Notes: generated from the sequence alone by a model not told the origin. DNA of 54,377 nucleotides from an uncultured Gammaproteobacteria bacterium (GCA_964408485.1 CAYOZJ010000004.1:74685-129061), one strand, 5' to 3'. Positions 15,724-25,364 are shown, counted from the first letter of the stretch. Numbers and translations: made by a program.

Positions 15724-18090
15724 ATGGATAAACTTATTCCAATAATACCAATTCGAGACGGCATCATTTTTCCCAATACAGACGCTGTACTTACCTTTGG
15801 GAGACAGAAATCACTTAATGCATTAGAGTCATCGTTTCAAAACGAGCGAATTGTTTGTTTTGTTTTGCAAAAGAATTCACGGGTTAATGAGCCAGAAATA
15901 AATGATCTTTATGACGTAGGTACGCTGTCTCGTATTGAGCGAATGATTCGTACAAATGGAGAAATTAACGCACAAGTAAAAGGATTAAGTAGAGTAAAAA
16001 TCGTTGGATACGAAGAGCACGATGCATTTCTTATGGCGCGAGTTGTTGAAATGCCGGATGTTGTTGAAGATAGTCCCGAATTAAAAGCACTCTGCAATCA
16101 CATTACAAACGAATTCAGACGAGCAATGAATCTAGGAAAATCTACAGACTTCTTGGTTTTCATGAATATTATGTCTGAAAATCAGCCATCAGAGCTTGCT
16201 GACTTAGTTGCATCAAGTCTTGACCTAAAGCCTCAGGAAAGACAAGGGTTACTTGAAATGACCAGCGTGAAGAGTCGACTTGAAAAAATTACCGATTTGC
16301 TTGCTCGTGAAATAAAAGTTTTGGAACTCGAAAAACGAATTGCCAGCAAAACCCAAGAACAATTTGAAAAAGGTGCTAGACAGGCTCTTCTTAGAGAGCG
16401 TCTTAAGACAATAGAGAAAGAATTGGGTGAAGAAAATGATGAGGCAAGTGAGCTGAAAGAGTTGATGGATAAAATTGCGAAAGCAAAAATGCCTGAAGAT
16501 GTTGAAGAGAAAGCCAAAAAGGAAGCAAAGAAATTGGGTCAGATGAATCAATTCAATCCTGAGGCAGGATATATTCGCAACTATTTAGAATGGCTTACCG
16601 ATCTTCCGTGGAGTGAAGAGAGTAAAGATAATACCGATATTAAGTCTGCAGAAAAATCACTAGACGAAGATCATTTTGGACTTAAGAAAGCAAAAGAGAG
16701 AATTATTGAATATTTAGCAGTACGGAAATTATCAGGCAAGATGAAAGGGCCAATTCTGTGTTTTGCAGGACCTCCGGGTGTTGGTAAAACCTCTATTGGA
16801 AAGTCTATTGCGAAAGCATTGGGAAGAAAATTTGTTAAAGTTTCGCTTGGTGGTATTCGAGATGAAGCAGAGATACGAGGACACCGCAGAACCTATGTTG
16901 GGGCTATGCCAGGCCGAATTATTCAAGGTATTAAAGATGCAGGCACAAGAAATCCAGTCTTTATGTTGGATGAAATTGATAAAGTAGGTGCAGATTTTAG
17001 GGGAGACCCAACTGCAGCGCTTCTTGAAGCATTAGATCCTGAGCAAAATAATGCATTCTCAGACCACTACTTAGAAGTACCATTTGATTTGTCCAATGTC
17101 ATGTTTATTACAACAGCAAATGTCTTGGATACTATTCCACCAGCGTTGAGAGATAGACTTGAGATTATCCACTTTGCCGGATATACACAGGAAGAGAAAT
17201 TTAATATTGCCAAAAATTTCCTTTTCAAAAAACTTCTTGAGCAAAATGGTCTGAAAGATGGGCAAATAGAAATTAGTGATAAAGCACTTCGATTTGTTAT
17301 TACTCATTACACAAGGGAAGCTGGAGTGCGTAATTTGGAAAGAAAGCTTGCTGCGATTTATCGAAAAGTTGCAAAAGAAATAGCTGAAGGCAAGGTAAAA
17401 AAGATTTCTGTCACAGAAAAGGAAGCAGAGAAGTACTTAGGACCAATTGTATTTTCAGAAAATTTGATTGAGAAAAAAGATGAAGTTGGTATGTCAACGG
17501 GAATGGCATGGACAGAAGCTGGGGGAGATATTCTCTTTATCGAAGTAGCCCTTATGCCAGGAAAAGGTAACCTTACCTTAACAGGTCAATTGGGAGATGT
17601 TATGAAAGAATCAGCCAGAGCAGCACTTTCCTATATTCGATCAAGAGCCAGTACGCTTGGAATTTCTGACAAAGTATTTCAAAAAACAGATATTCATGTT
17701 CATGTACCAGAAGGCGCAGTACCAAAAGATGGTCCATCTGCTGGAGGAGCAATCACCACAGCAATCATTTCTGCACTCACTAAAATTCCAGTAAAGCGAA
17801 CGGTTGCCATGACTGGGGAAGTAACGCTGAGAGGGCGCATTTTAGAAATTGGTGGTTTGAAAGAAAAAGTCATTGCAGCACATAGGGCGGGAATTAAAAC
17901 AGTCATTGTTCCAAAGGAAAATAAAAAGGACTTAGAAGATATTCCAAAAGAAGTATTAAAAGATTTGCAGTTTGTCTTTGTAAGTAATGTAGATGAGATT
18001 CTGCCTGTTGCACTTGCCAAATCTATAAAAAGACCAGATGTTACACCTTCTCAAGCAGCAATGCTTCATAAGCCATATCCTGCAGACTAA
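15724..18090 (+). CDS. lon: ATP-dependent Lon protease (LonA type)
   Basis: 788 aa. LON N-domain, Walker A GPPGVGKTS, Walker B MLDEIDK and the S16 protease block PKDGPSAGGAITTA. Confidence 0.95.
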   Translation: MDKLIPIIPIRDGIIFPNTDAVLTFGRQKSLNALESSFQNERIVCFVLQKNSRVNEPEINDLYDVGTLSRIERMIRTNGEINAQVKGLSRVKIVGYEEHDAFLMARVVEMPDVVEDSPELKALCNHITNEFRRAMNLGKSTDFLVFMNIMSENQPSELADLVASSLDLKPQERQGLLEMTSVKSRLEKITDLLAREIKVLELEKRIASKTQEQFEKGARQALLRERLKTIEKELGEENDEASELKELMDKIAKAKMPEDVEEKAKKEAKKLGQMNQFNPEAGYIRNYLEWLTDLPWSEESKDNTDIKSAEKSLDEDHFGLKKAKERIIEYLAVRKLSGKMKGPILCFAGPPGVGKTSIGKSIAKALGRKFVKVSLGGIRDEAEIRGHRRTYVGAMPGRIIQGIKDAGTRNPVFMLDEIDKVGADFRGDPTAALLEALDPEQNNAFSDHYLEVPFDLSNVMFITTANVLDTIPPALRDRLEIIHFAGYTQEEKFNIAKNFLFKKLLEQNGLKDGQIEISDKALRFVITHYTREAGVRNLERKLAAIYRKVAKEIAEGKVKKISVTEKEAEKYLGPIVFSENLIEKKDEVGMSTGMAWTEAGGDILFIEVALMPGKGNLTLTGQLGDVMKESARAALSYIRSRASTLGISDKVFQKTDIHVHVPEGAVPKDGPSAGGAITTAIISALTKIPVKRTVAMTGEVTLRGRILEIGGLKEKVIAAHRAGIKTVIVPKENKKDLEDIPKEVLKDLQFVFVSNVDEILPVALAKSIKRPDVTPSQAAMLHKPYPAD

Positions 18091-19991
18091 GCAGCGTATC
18101 TTCTCGATCGTAGCTGTTCTCTCCTTTTTTCCGACTCTTCTCGTAAGCGTTCTTCTATTTGTGTTCCTCTTTGTGCATCAATGACAAAGAAATATGGATT
18201 ATCGCCAAATGCTTTTAGGTCGTTACCTTCTAAAATAGGAATATAGTTTTCAGGAGAAAAAGTATTTTTTTCGACTTCATCTTGCCAAGAATGAGGAGTA
18301 GTATGTAAGTTAAGATTGTTTTCTCTCTCATACTCAACTCGTGCAACAGCTGAGGCTGTCCATAGCTGATCACCTTGGGGATAGGGAGCACTGAGATAAA
18401 TAATTTGTCTATCTCCTATTATTGCCATTTTTTCTCCCTCGGAAAGTGACTCAAGCTCCTTTTTTGTTTTATAGTTTTGCGCAATAAGTCCATCAAGATT
18501 AACACGGTTTCCATTCACAATAACATCTCCTGGAACAACAAATGCAAATTCAGCATTTGAATTAGCATGGACAAAATTGACCACCCTATTTTCTATTTGT
18601 TCGGCAATTCCATGGAGGCCTTGTCGTCTGAGTCCCAAAATGAAGTCCTCGTTGAGCGCAGGCCATACGTTCCAGCTGTCTTGATATGTTACGGCATTCG
18701 TATTCGGATTATCCGGATCGATAATAAGTGAAGCGTTTTGTTTATTTTTTGTTCGTATTCCTGCATCTGTGAGAAAGTCCGGACTGGTGAGTCTTTCTAC
18801 AATAGGTTCTATATAGCTTCTCTTTTCTGTCTCAGGGAGTCCGTCAAAAAAGTCTGAATTGAGTATGCTCGCGCCCATAATGGATAATGCTTCTACTTGT
18901 CTGTATTTTCCTGTTACTTCATCGCGATCAACTGCAGCAGCAAAATATTTTTTATCCGGCATATAAAATTGTCGCATTGTGCTTTCTCTAACTTTTTGGG
19001 CTAAATTTTTATAAAAAGGAGTTTTAGAAGGATAGAGTCGTGCAGCATTTTCAAGTGCATTAACTGCCCCAATTTGTACTTCCAAATAGGCAATGGGTTT
19101 ATGATAGTTGCCAAGTAGACCTTCTCTGCCAGGAGATGTATGCATAGTTGAAAGTCCACCATCGGTAATATTTTGAAAATAAATGCCAAGTCCATTTACT
19201 CGTTGTGACTCGAGTAAATATTCACGAGGTTGTCTTTTTACTCGCCTTTGCAATTCATTTAATCTTGCTGCTGCACCGTCCAGAGGGCGCAGCACCCAAT
19301 TTTCATAAAAGGGAAGTAGCCTTTCTTGATCGGTCTTCTTAATCATTGCTTTTACCTTGTCATTCTCTCTTGCAACAACTGGTCCATAAAGAATGCTCCT
19401 CGTAACCCAACCAATTGCAGCTCGTGCTGCTTTGGAAATGCGAATGGGTCTTTTTAAGTCTTCGTTAAATACTTTCTCACGAAGTATCTCAGGATGATCA
19501 AACGCTTCCTGTGCAATTGCGCTAAATCCATCAGCGGTAATATCAACTCCACCAAAGTAGGCTAAATGGGTATTTCCCTTCCGTTTTGGATGCGACCATT
19601 TACGAAGTTCTTCTTCATATATTTCCACAAATTCCCGTGACCGTGCACCTTCTATGTTGTCTCGTACTTCATGAGGAAGCTGTCCGTCGCCCTTTTTATC
19701 GGCAAGATCATCTCTTCCATATCCCTGATCATGGACGAGTGAGCGGATAACTTGTCCTCGCATTTGTGGGTCAAATGCTTGGGCGTCTCGTACGGCTCGA
19801 AGCATATCCCTTGGGAATTTAGTCTTTTCAAACTCGCGATTAAGGGATGCTGCATAATACTCGTCGCGTATTTTTCCAACTCTATTTCTATCCTGGACAA
19901 GAGTGCTGTGTAAAACTTGGTGTTCGGTAAGGGCAAGAGGATTTATGTATCCTTTTGGGGCAGGTCTTTGTTTTGTTTCAACTAGACCCAT
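18087..19991 (-). CDS. Six-hairpin (alpha/alpha)6 glycosidase-like protein, amylo-alpha-1,6-glucosidase (GDE_C)-like
   Basis: 634 aa. The blocks YLEVQIGAVNALENAARLY and DAGIRT...YQDSWNVWPALN resemble the GDE_C family. Its stop codon overlaps the lon stop (CTAA). Confidence 0.4.
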   Translation of the reverse strand: MGLVETKQRPAPKGYINPLALTEHQVLHSTLVQDRNRVGKIRDEYYAASLNREFEKTKFPRDMLRAVRDAQAFDPQMRGQVIRSLVHDQGYGRDDLADKKGDGQLPHEVRDNIEGARSREFVEIYEEELRKWSHPKRKGNTHLAYFGGVDITADGFSAIAQEAFDHPEILREKVFNEDLKRPIRISKAARAAIGWVTRSILYGPVVARENDKVKAMIKKTDQERLLPFYENWVLRPLDGAAARLNELQRRVKRQPREYLLESQRVNGLGIYFQNITDGGLSTMHTSPGREGLLGNYHKPIAYLEVQIGAVNALENAARLYPSKTPFYKNLAQKVRESTMRQFYMPDKKYFAAAVDRDEVTGKYRQVEALSIMGASILNSDFFDGLPETEKRSYIEPIVERLTSPDFLTDAGIRTKNKQNASLIIDPDNPNTNAVTYQDSWNVWPALNEDFILGLRRQGLHGIAEQIENRVVNFVHANSNAEFAFVVPGDVIVNGNRVNLDGLIAQNYKTKKELESLSEGEKMAIIGDRQIIYLSAPYPQGDQLWTASAVARVEYERENNLNLHTTPHSWQDEVEKNTFSPENYIPILEGNDLKAFGDNPYFFVIDAQRGTQIEERLREESEKRREQLRSRRYAA

Positions 19992-20090
19992 AGGATAGTA
20001 GTTTACTCTTTTTAGGTACTATATGCCTGACAAATAGTGGACAGTTTTGAGGCTATATATGCAAAATCAGTCTTGTGCTACACTTATTGT

Positions 20091-20615
20091 ATGAATATTC
20101 ATCCCGTTCTTGTTCATTTTCCTGTCGCATTTCTTACAGTATATGCGCTCCTGGAATTGGTTCCATTTAAAAAAATTACGAAGCAGCCATATTGGTTTTA
20201 CGTAAAGTTTTATGTACTTTTTTTTGGTGTCATTGGTGCAGGAGCAGCAATTCTTGCAGGACAGGCAATAGAAAATAATTTTGGACCGAGTCAGCTTGTT
20301 TCGCTTCATTCAAAAATTAATGAAACAGCGTCATTTCTTTTTGGTTTGCTTCTTGTCGCATATCTCGTGGAATGGATTACAAGAGAGAGAAAAGAACACA
20401 TGATACAACGTATAGTTGGTCCTCTTTGGAAATTTTTTCTTTGGATTAGAAATCTTCTCTATCCAGTTGCTGTTAGGATAGCTATATCTATTATTGCCCT
20501 TTTTCTTATAACGCTTGGCGCAGCGTTAGGAGGGCTTATTGCATTTGGTCCAAGTCTTGATCCTTTTACTGGTTTTCTTAATAGCTTTCTCCTATCCGTT
20601 CATTTTCTTCCTTAA
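20091..20615 (+). CDS. DUF2231-like integral membrane protein
   Basis: The ORF is open from 20037, but the likely start is the internal Met of MNIHPVLVHFPVAFL, a typical DUF2231 N-terminus. About 4-5 TM helices. Confidence 0.5.
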   Translation: MNIHPVLVHFPVAFLTVYALLELVPFKKITKQPYWFYVKFYVLFFGVIGAGAAILAGQAIENNFGPSQLVSLHSKINETASFLFGLLLVAYLVEWITRERKEHMIQRIVGPLWKFFLWIRNLLYPVAVRIAISIIALFLITLGAALGGLIAFGPSLDPFTGFLNSFLLSVHFLP

Positions 20616-20654
20616 TTCATAGTTTTTTCATTTTGGATTTGGTATGCTAACTGT

Positions 20655-22403
20655 GTGGTAATCCTTTTCCTCTTTGCGTTCCTTTCAGGGCTAGTTACAA
20701 TAGCTGCTCCTTGTATTTGGCCACTTCTTCCACTTATTCTCTCAACAACAGCAACAGGTGGACATCGAAAACCACTTGGAATAACAATAGGCATTGTAGT
20801 AAGTTTTGGTATTCTGACACTTTTTCTCTCTAGTCTTATTGCAATTATTCCCTTTAATGCAAATGTGTTAAGGTATTTTGCTGTTATAGTGATTGGTTTA
20901 TTGGGCCTAACTTTGCTTATTCCCCGTTTGTCAGCAGTACTTGAAGCGTGGGTAAGTAGAATAAGTGGAAGATTTGGGTCAACTAATAGTGCAACAGGAT
21001 TTTGGTCTGGAATATTTACTGGGTTAGCGCTTGGTGTTGTGTGGGCACCGTGTGCAGGGCCAATTTTGGCAACAATTGCAACCTTAGCAGCAACACAAAA
21101 AATAAGCATAGAGCTTGTATGGGTTACCGCATTCTACTGCCTAGGACTTGCTATTCCGCTTTTCATTTTTGCAACACTCAGTAGGACTCTCTTAATAAAA
21201 AGCAGAGCGTTGTCAAAATATACCGGCAGAATTCAGCAGGTGTTTGGCGTTATTATGATACTTACTGCGGTACTTATTGCGTCAAATTTAGATACACTTC
21301 TCGAAGCAAAATTACTAAATGTTTTCCCATCATACTCACAATTTCTAAATAACTTAGAAGGAAATAATGCAGTATCAAGTCAACTCCAAGCTTTAAAACA
21401 ACAAAAAAGTCTTCCAATGCCTGTCGTGCAAAACAGTTTGTTTAATGCAAATTATCCTGCTCCTGAATTTGTTGGAATAAATAAATGGCTCAATCTGCCA
21501 AACGGCGCGCCAGCTCCAACAATGCAAAGCCTTAAGGGAAAGGTAGTATTAATAGATTTTTGGACATATACCTGTATTAACTGTATTCGTACTTTGCCCC
21601 ATGTTACTTCGTGGTACGACAAGTATAAAGATGATGGGTTTGTTGTCATTGGTGTGCATACACCTGAGTTTGCATTTGAGCATGACACAGGAAATGTCCT
21701 AAATGCTATTAAGCAATACAACATTCATTATCCTGTTGCGCAGGACAATGATTATGCTACCTGGGGAGCATACAACAATCAGTATTGGCCAGCAGAATAT
21801 TTAATAGATGCCAATGGTAATGTGCGTCGTACTCATTTTGGAGAAGGAGAGTACGATGAGATGGAGCAGGCAATTCAAGCCCTTCTTAAAGATGCAGGGA
21901 AAAAAGTAAGTACTGGTCTAGAAAATATGCCCGATACAACACCAACAGGACAAATTTCTCCGGAAACATACTTAGGGTCAAGTAGAATGCAGTATTACTA
22001 CCCAAATGGTACAGTGGGTAATGGAACAAAAAATTTTCAATTAACCAGTAATCCACCAACGAATTCTTTTAGCTACGGTGGACAATGGACTATAAATAGC
22101 GAAGAGGCAGTTGCAGGAGATAAAGCTGTTTTGGTGTATCATTTTCAAGCAGGAAAGGTGTACATCATTCTTCGTCCAGGGACAGCGAAGCCAGGTGCAG
22201 AATTGTACCTGGTAAAAGTATTACTCGATGGTAAGACAATTAGTGATTCTGTTGCGGGAGCAGATGTAAAAAATGGAATTGTTACGGTAGATACAGATAG
22301 ACTTTATAATCTGGTTGATTTACATGGAAAGAATGAAGACCATGTTTTGCGGTTAGAATTCCAAACCCCAGGAATAAAGGCATATACATTTACCTTTGGG
22401 TAA
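20655..22403 (+). CDS. DipZ-like protein: CcdA/DsbD-type membrane thiol-disulfide transporter fused to a thioredoxin-like domain and a C-terminal beta-rich domain
   Basis: 582 aa with a GTG start. TM cysteines in AAPCIWPLLPL and WAPCAGPILATI, and a redoxin CxxC in FWTYTCINCIRTLP. Confidence 0.7.
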   Translation: MVILFLFAFLSGLVTIAAPCIWPLLPLILSTTATGGHRKPLGITIGIVVSFGILTLFLSSLIAIIPFNANVLRYFAVIVIGLLGLTLLIPRLSAVLEAWVSRISGRFGSTNSATGFWSGIFTGLALGVVWAPCAGPILATIATLAATQKISIELVWVTAFYCLGLAIPLFIFATLSRTLLIKSRALSKYTGRIQQVFGVIMILTAVLIASNLDTLLEAKLLNVFPSYSQFLNNLEGNNAVSSQLQALKQQKSLPMPVVQNSLFNANYPAPEFVGINKWLNLPNGAPAPTMQSLKGKVVLIDFWTYTCINCIRTLPHVTSWYDKYKDDGFVVIGVHTPEFAFEHDTGNVLNAIKQYNIHYPVAQDNDYATWGAYNNQYWPAEYLIDANGNVRRTHFGEGEYDEMEQAIQALLKDAGKKVSTGLENMPDTTPTGQISPETYLGSSRMQYYYPNGTVGNGTKNFQLTSNPPTNSFSYGGQWTINSEEAVAGDKAVLVYHFQAGKVYIILRPGTAKPGAELYLVKVLLDGKTISDSVAGADVKNGIVTVDTDRLYNLVDLHGKNEDHVLRLEFQTPGIKAYTFTFG

Positions 22404-22482
22404 AACAAAACAAAACTGCTTTGACTCGATAACTTATAGTTGACTCTGGTATACTTATCTGACGAAGATTGTGGATTGAATA

Positions 22483-22710
22483 ATGACAAAAGAAAGAACA
22501 CTAATACCTGATGAAAAATCACTAATTTTTTATAAACTTAAGTCACCAAATGACTCTCAAAAAGATTTAGAAATAGCACGAGAAGAAAAAGTAGGCATAG
22601 TGTTGCGAGCGGTTTACAGACTCCCAGCAACAGCATCCAAAAGCCAGTTACGTGATGCACAAGAATTAGCTGTTGCAGAAAGAGCAAAAAGAATGAGAGA
22701 AAGAATATAA
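22483..22710 (+). CDS. Hypothetical small protein
   Basis: 75-aa ORF in an otherwise empty gap. No motif recognised. Confidence 0.3.
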   Translation: MTKERTLIPDEKSLIFYKLKSPNDSQKDLEIAREEKVGIVLRAVYRLPATASKSQLRDAQELAVAERAKRMRERI

Positions 22711-22732
22711 GTGATTTTTGTGAATTACAAGC

Positions 22733-23245
22733 TTATTTTAACTCAATCCAATAACGCATTTTTTTAGGATTTCCCTTGTCGTTATCAACAATATTTTCCA
22801 GGATACCTCCATTGGTTTGAATAATTTTCCGAGAACCAAAATTGGTATCATCACAGGTAACAAGTACTTTTGTTAACCCTAATTTTTTTGCTTCAGGTAG
22901 TGCTAGTTTTAATATTTCTTTTCCGTATCCCTTGTTTCGCTTTGATGGACGAATCCAATAACCAATGTGACCTCCTATTTTCAGTAAAAATTCTGTCAGC
23001 GAATGCCTTATATTAACCCATCCAATAAATTCATCGTTATCAATGAGCCATAGTTCTGTTGAAGGAACCCAACCTTCAGGTAAGTGGAGTCCCTGTGTTT
23101 TCTCTTTTTGATTTTTTACAAATTCTTCGAAGGACTGATTTTCTTCAGGTTTATCAATAATCGTGCTACCAGTTTCGTTTTTTGCTTCCTCAATTGCCTG
23201 AAGATAGCTCTGTTGGTATTGTATCGAGGGTAAGACAAGTTTCAT
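22733..23245 (-). CDS. GNAT family N-acetyltransferase
   Basis: 170 aa. Acetyl-CoA binding block IRPSKRNKGYGKEILKLAL and a C-terminal SRKIIQTNGG. Confidence 0.8.
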   Translation of the reverse strand: MKLVLPSIQYQQSYLQAIEEAKNETGSTIIDKPEENQSFEEFVKNQKEKTQGLHLPEGWVPSTELWLIDNDEFIGWVNIRHSLTEFLLKIGGHIGYWIRPSKRNKGYGKEILKLALPEAKKLGLTKVLVTCDDTNFGSRKIIQTNGGILENIVDNDKGNPKKMRYWIELK

Positions 23246-23387
23246 GAGAAGATTATATCAAAAGATGAATGGGTAGCTCGTATGCTTTAGAAGTGGAACC
23301 AGATTTGTACCTCTTGTGAATACATTTCTAATTATTGACAGCCCTCATTTATTGTGTCTTACTTGAAATGAAATAGAGCATTGTCTT

Positions 23388-24809
23388 ATGAAAAAAGTAA
23401 TCGCCTCATTGCTTGCTATATATTTATCTATATCTTTTTTTATTCCTCAGACCAAATTGTACGCTGACACATTTCCTTCTACAGCGACTGTAAAAGTACT
23501 GGCAGTGGGAGGTGGCGGAGCAGGTGGAGGTTCTGCAACTAACCTTGCTGGCGGCGGCGGAGCAGGTCGCGTTGTTTTTGATTCTTCCCATACAGTTAGC
23601 GCTCAGGCGTACACGATTTCTGTGGGAGCAGGCGGCACAGGAGCAGTAAACGATAGAGGAAATAATGGTGGGGATTCGTTGTTTGACACGATTACTGCAA
23701 ATGGCGGTGGAGGCGGGGGAGCAGGAGCGGGTCAAAATACTAATGGAAAAGATGGGGGTTCTGGAGGTGGGGCGGGTTGGCATGCTGGATCTCCAACTGG
23801 TGGCAATGCTGTTGATGGCAACACAGGTAGTGGAGTAAGTTCCGGAAATAATGGTGCGGGATTTGGATCAGGTGCAGGTGGAGAGGGAGGCGGGGGAGCA
23901 GGAGCACCAAGCGCGTCTGCATCAAATGGTGCAGGAACAGATGGTGGTGTTGGTATCGCAAGCACTATAAGTGGATCTTCTGTCTTGTATGGCGGTGGGG
24001 GTGGCGGTGGAGGAGATAATGGTGCATCAGGTGGAAATGGAGGCGGTGGAGGCGGTGGGAATGGTGGTGCATATCCAGCAACAGGCGGTACAGCTGGAAC
24101 AGCAAACACAGGTGGCGGTGGAGGAGCATACGCATTTAATGGAACAGGAGCAGGATATGATGGTGGATCTGGAGTTGTCATTATTTCAGCACCTCTTGGA
24201 ACAATTACCGCAACAGGTGGCACCCATACACAATCTGGAGGTAACGATATTTGGACATTTACAACAAGTGGAACATGGACCCCAAATTTTGTTGTTTCGT
24301 ACTATACAAAGAATGACGGAGCAAACTTTAGTAGATCGACAGCTTCATTTGCAACAGGCGTTGCTACTCAATCCAGTAATTCGGATGGGAGTATAAGTGT
24401 TAATGTGAATAGTGCTTCAGGCTATGCAGATTCTGGATTCGTTTTGTACGAAGGAACATTAGGTGATTTACCTAACTTCACAGTAAATGGTACGGGAGAT
24501 CAATATGGCTTGAATCTCTGGCTTGATACAAGCAACAATAATGACTTTTTTGCTTGGTCAAGTAATGTCTTAACAAGTTTGGATAGCGATACCTATGCAC
24601 TTGGTCCGAGTTCATCAAGTGGCACAGATGCAATTACTGGATCTTCCAATTTTTATCTTATGTCAGATAGCCAGAATCATTCGCTAGCGGATTTGAGAAG
24701 TGGGTCTGTTAGTGGAGTCAGCTCCAGCACAAAAGTAGCTGTATGGGTTGGCGTGAATACGACGAGTGGATCTACGTCTGCAACTATTCAGTCAATCAGT
24801 GGATTATAA
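23388..24809 (+). CDS. Secreted glycine-rich-domain protein with a Ser/Thr/Asn-rich C-terminal domain
   Basis: 473 aa with signal peptide MKKVIASLLAIYLSISFFIPQTKLYA. Blocks VLAVGGGGAGGG, AGGGGAGRV, YTISVGAGG, ANGGGGGG, NTGGGGG and GGSGVVIISAP. Confidence 0.7.
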   Translation: MKKVIASLLAIYLSISFFIPQTKLYADTFPSTATVKVLAVGGGGAGGGSATNLAGGGGAGRVVFDSSHTVSAQAYTISVGAGGTGAVNDRGNNGGDSLFDTITANGGGGGGAGAGQNTNGKDGGSGGGAGWHAGSPTGGNAVDGNTGSGVSSGNNGAGFGSGAGGEGGGGAGAPSASASNGAGTDGGVGIASTISGSSVLYGGGGGGGGDNGASGGNGGGGGGGNGGAYPATGGTAGTANTGGGGGAYAFNGTGAGYDGGSGVVIISAPLGTITATGGTHTQSGGNDIWTFTTSGTWTPNFVVSYYTKNDGANFSRSTASFATGVATQSSNSDGSISVNVNSASGYADSGFVLYEGTLGDLPNFTVNGTGDQYGLNLWLDTSNNNDFFAWSSNVLTSLDSDTYALGPSSSSGTDAITGSSNFYLMSDSQNHSLADLRSGSVSGVSSSTKVAVWVGVNTTSGSTSATIQSISGL

Positions 24810-24889
24810 ATCTCCCAATATCTACGGGATTAGAATCACTGTTGATATTAAAAAAACATTCCCAAATCCAAAACTCTGAAAATGTTTTC

Positions 24890-24906
24890 TAGTAGCGCGT
24901 AGGGGA
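24890..24906 (-). repeat. Exact 17-nt copy of the 3' end of tRNA-Glu (TAGTAGCGCGTAGGGGA on the + strand; identical to 25514-25530)
   Basis: Read directly. About 60 nt to the left of each copy are also similar (24831-24889 versus 25455-25513). Confidence 0.8.
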
Positions 24907-24967
24907 AGGTTCATGGGTTTGGTTTTGCACTAGGCTTGAATAATGAGTTAAGAGGCAATAAAAGAAA

Positions 24968-25309
24968 TTATTCTTGTTCGGATTTTTTCCCTTGAGTAGC
25001 TCGGTCAAATTTAATCGCTTCTTGTTCCGCTAACTCTCTGGCAGCAGCACTCAATCCTTCTTGTTTTGCGATAAGTTCTGCATTCAAATGTCCCATTGAA
25101 GCCATCATTTGATCCCATTTATCTCCTGATCTTCTAGCTTTCTGAACATTTACAGCTGCTCCAAAAAGCTGATTCCATGCTTTTCCGCTTTCAGATTGTG
25201 CGCCAGGAACTATTCTGTGTCCACCAATTCTTATTCCTCCATCGCCTCTGATTTCATTTATACGATGCTCGTCTTGCAGTTGTCTTATTCGTCTTGGATC
25301 TAATGACAT
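24968..25309 (-). CDS. Hypothetical protein (113 aa from the promoter-proximal Met; the ORF is open to 25327)
   Basis: The ORF track gives 24968-25327. A TTGACT-17-TATATT promoter lies inside the first 6 codons and points to ATG 25309. No family recognised. Confidence 0.4.
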   Translation of the reverse strand: MSLDPRRIRQLQDEHRINEIRGDGGIRIGGHRIVPGAQSESGKAWNQLFGAAVNVQKARRSGDKWDQMMASMGHLNAELIAKQEGLSAAARELAEQEAIKFDRATQGKKSEQE

Positions 25310-25317
25310 AGATTGAA

Positions 25318-25346
25318 AATATACCATAGACAGAAATAAAAGTCAA
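25318..25346 (-). promoter_or_regulatory. Sigma70-like promoter: TTGACT, 17 nt, TATATT, placed 8 nt before ATG 25309 (leaderless layout)
   Basis: On the minus strand, -35 is at 25346-25341 and -10 at 25323-25318. Confidence 0.5.
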
Positions 25347-25364
25347 GCTATAGGATGGAATTTT

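Noticed and set aside
16233-16551. 94- and 100-aa ORFs antisense to lon; similar antisense ORFs lie inside most long genes (for example 8120-8473, 40449-40901, 44261-44644).
   Set aside because: These are typical shadow ORFs in AT-rich coding DNA. They have no start context or motifs, and all are nested in strongly supported genes.
20612-21109. 165-aa ORF on the minus strand overlapping the start of the DipZ-like gene.
   Set aside because: It is entirely antisense to a well-supported membrane-protein gene with conserved CcdA cysteine motifs, and it has no recognisable motif of its own.
23732-24223. 163-aa proline-rich ORF on the minus strand (also 23424-23783 and 23740-23961 on the minus strand, and 23971-24396 on the plus strand).
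   Set aside because: These are mirror or shifted-frame artefacts of the GGN-rich glycine-domain gene: GGN read in reverse gives NCC (Pro). The plus-strand gene has a signal peptide and coherent domain structure.
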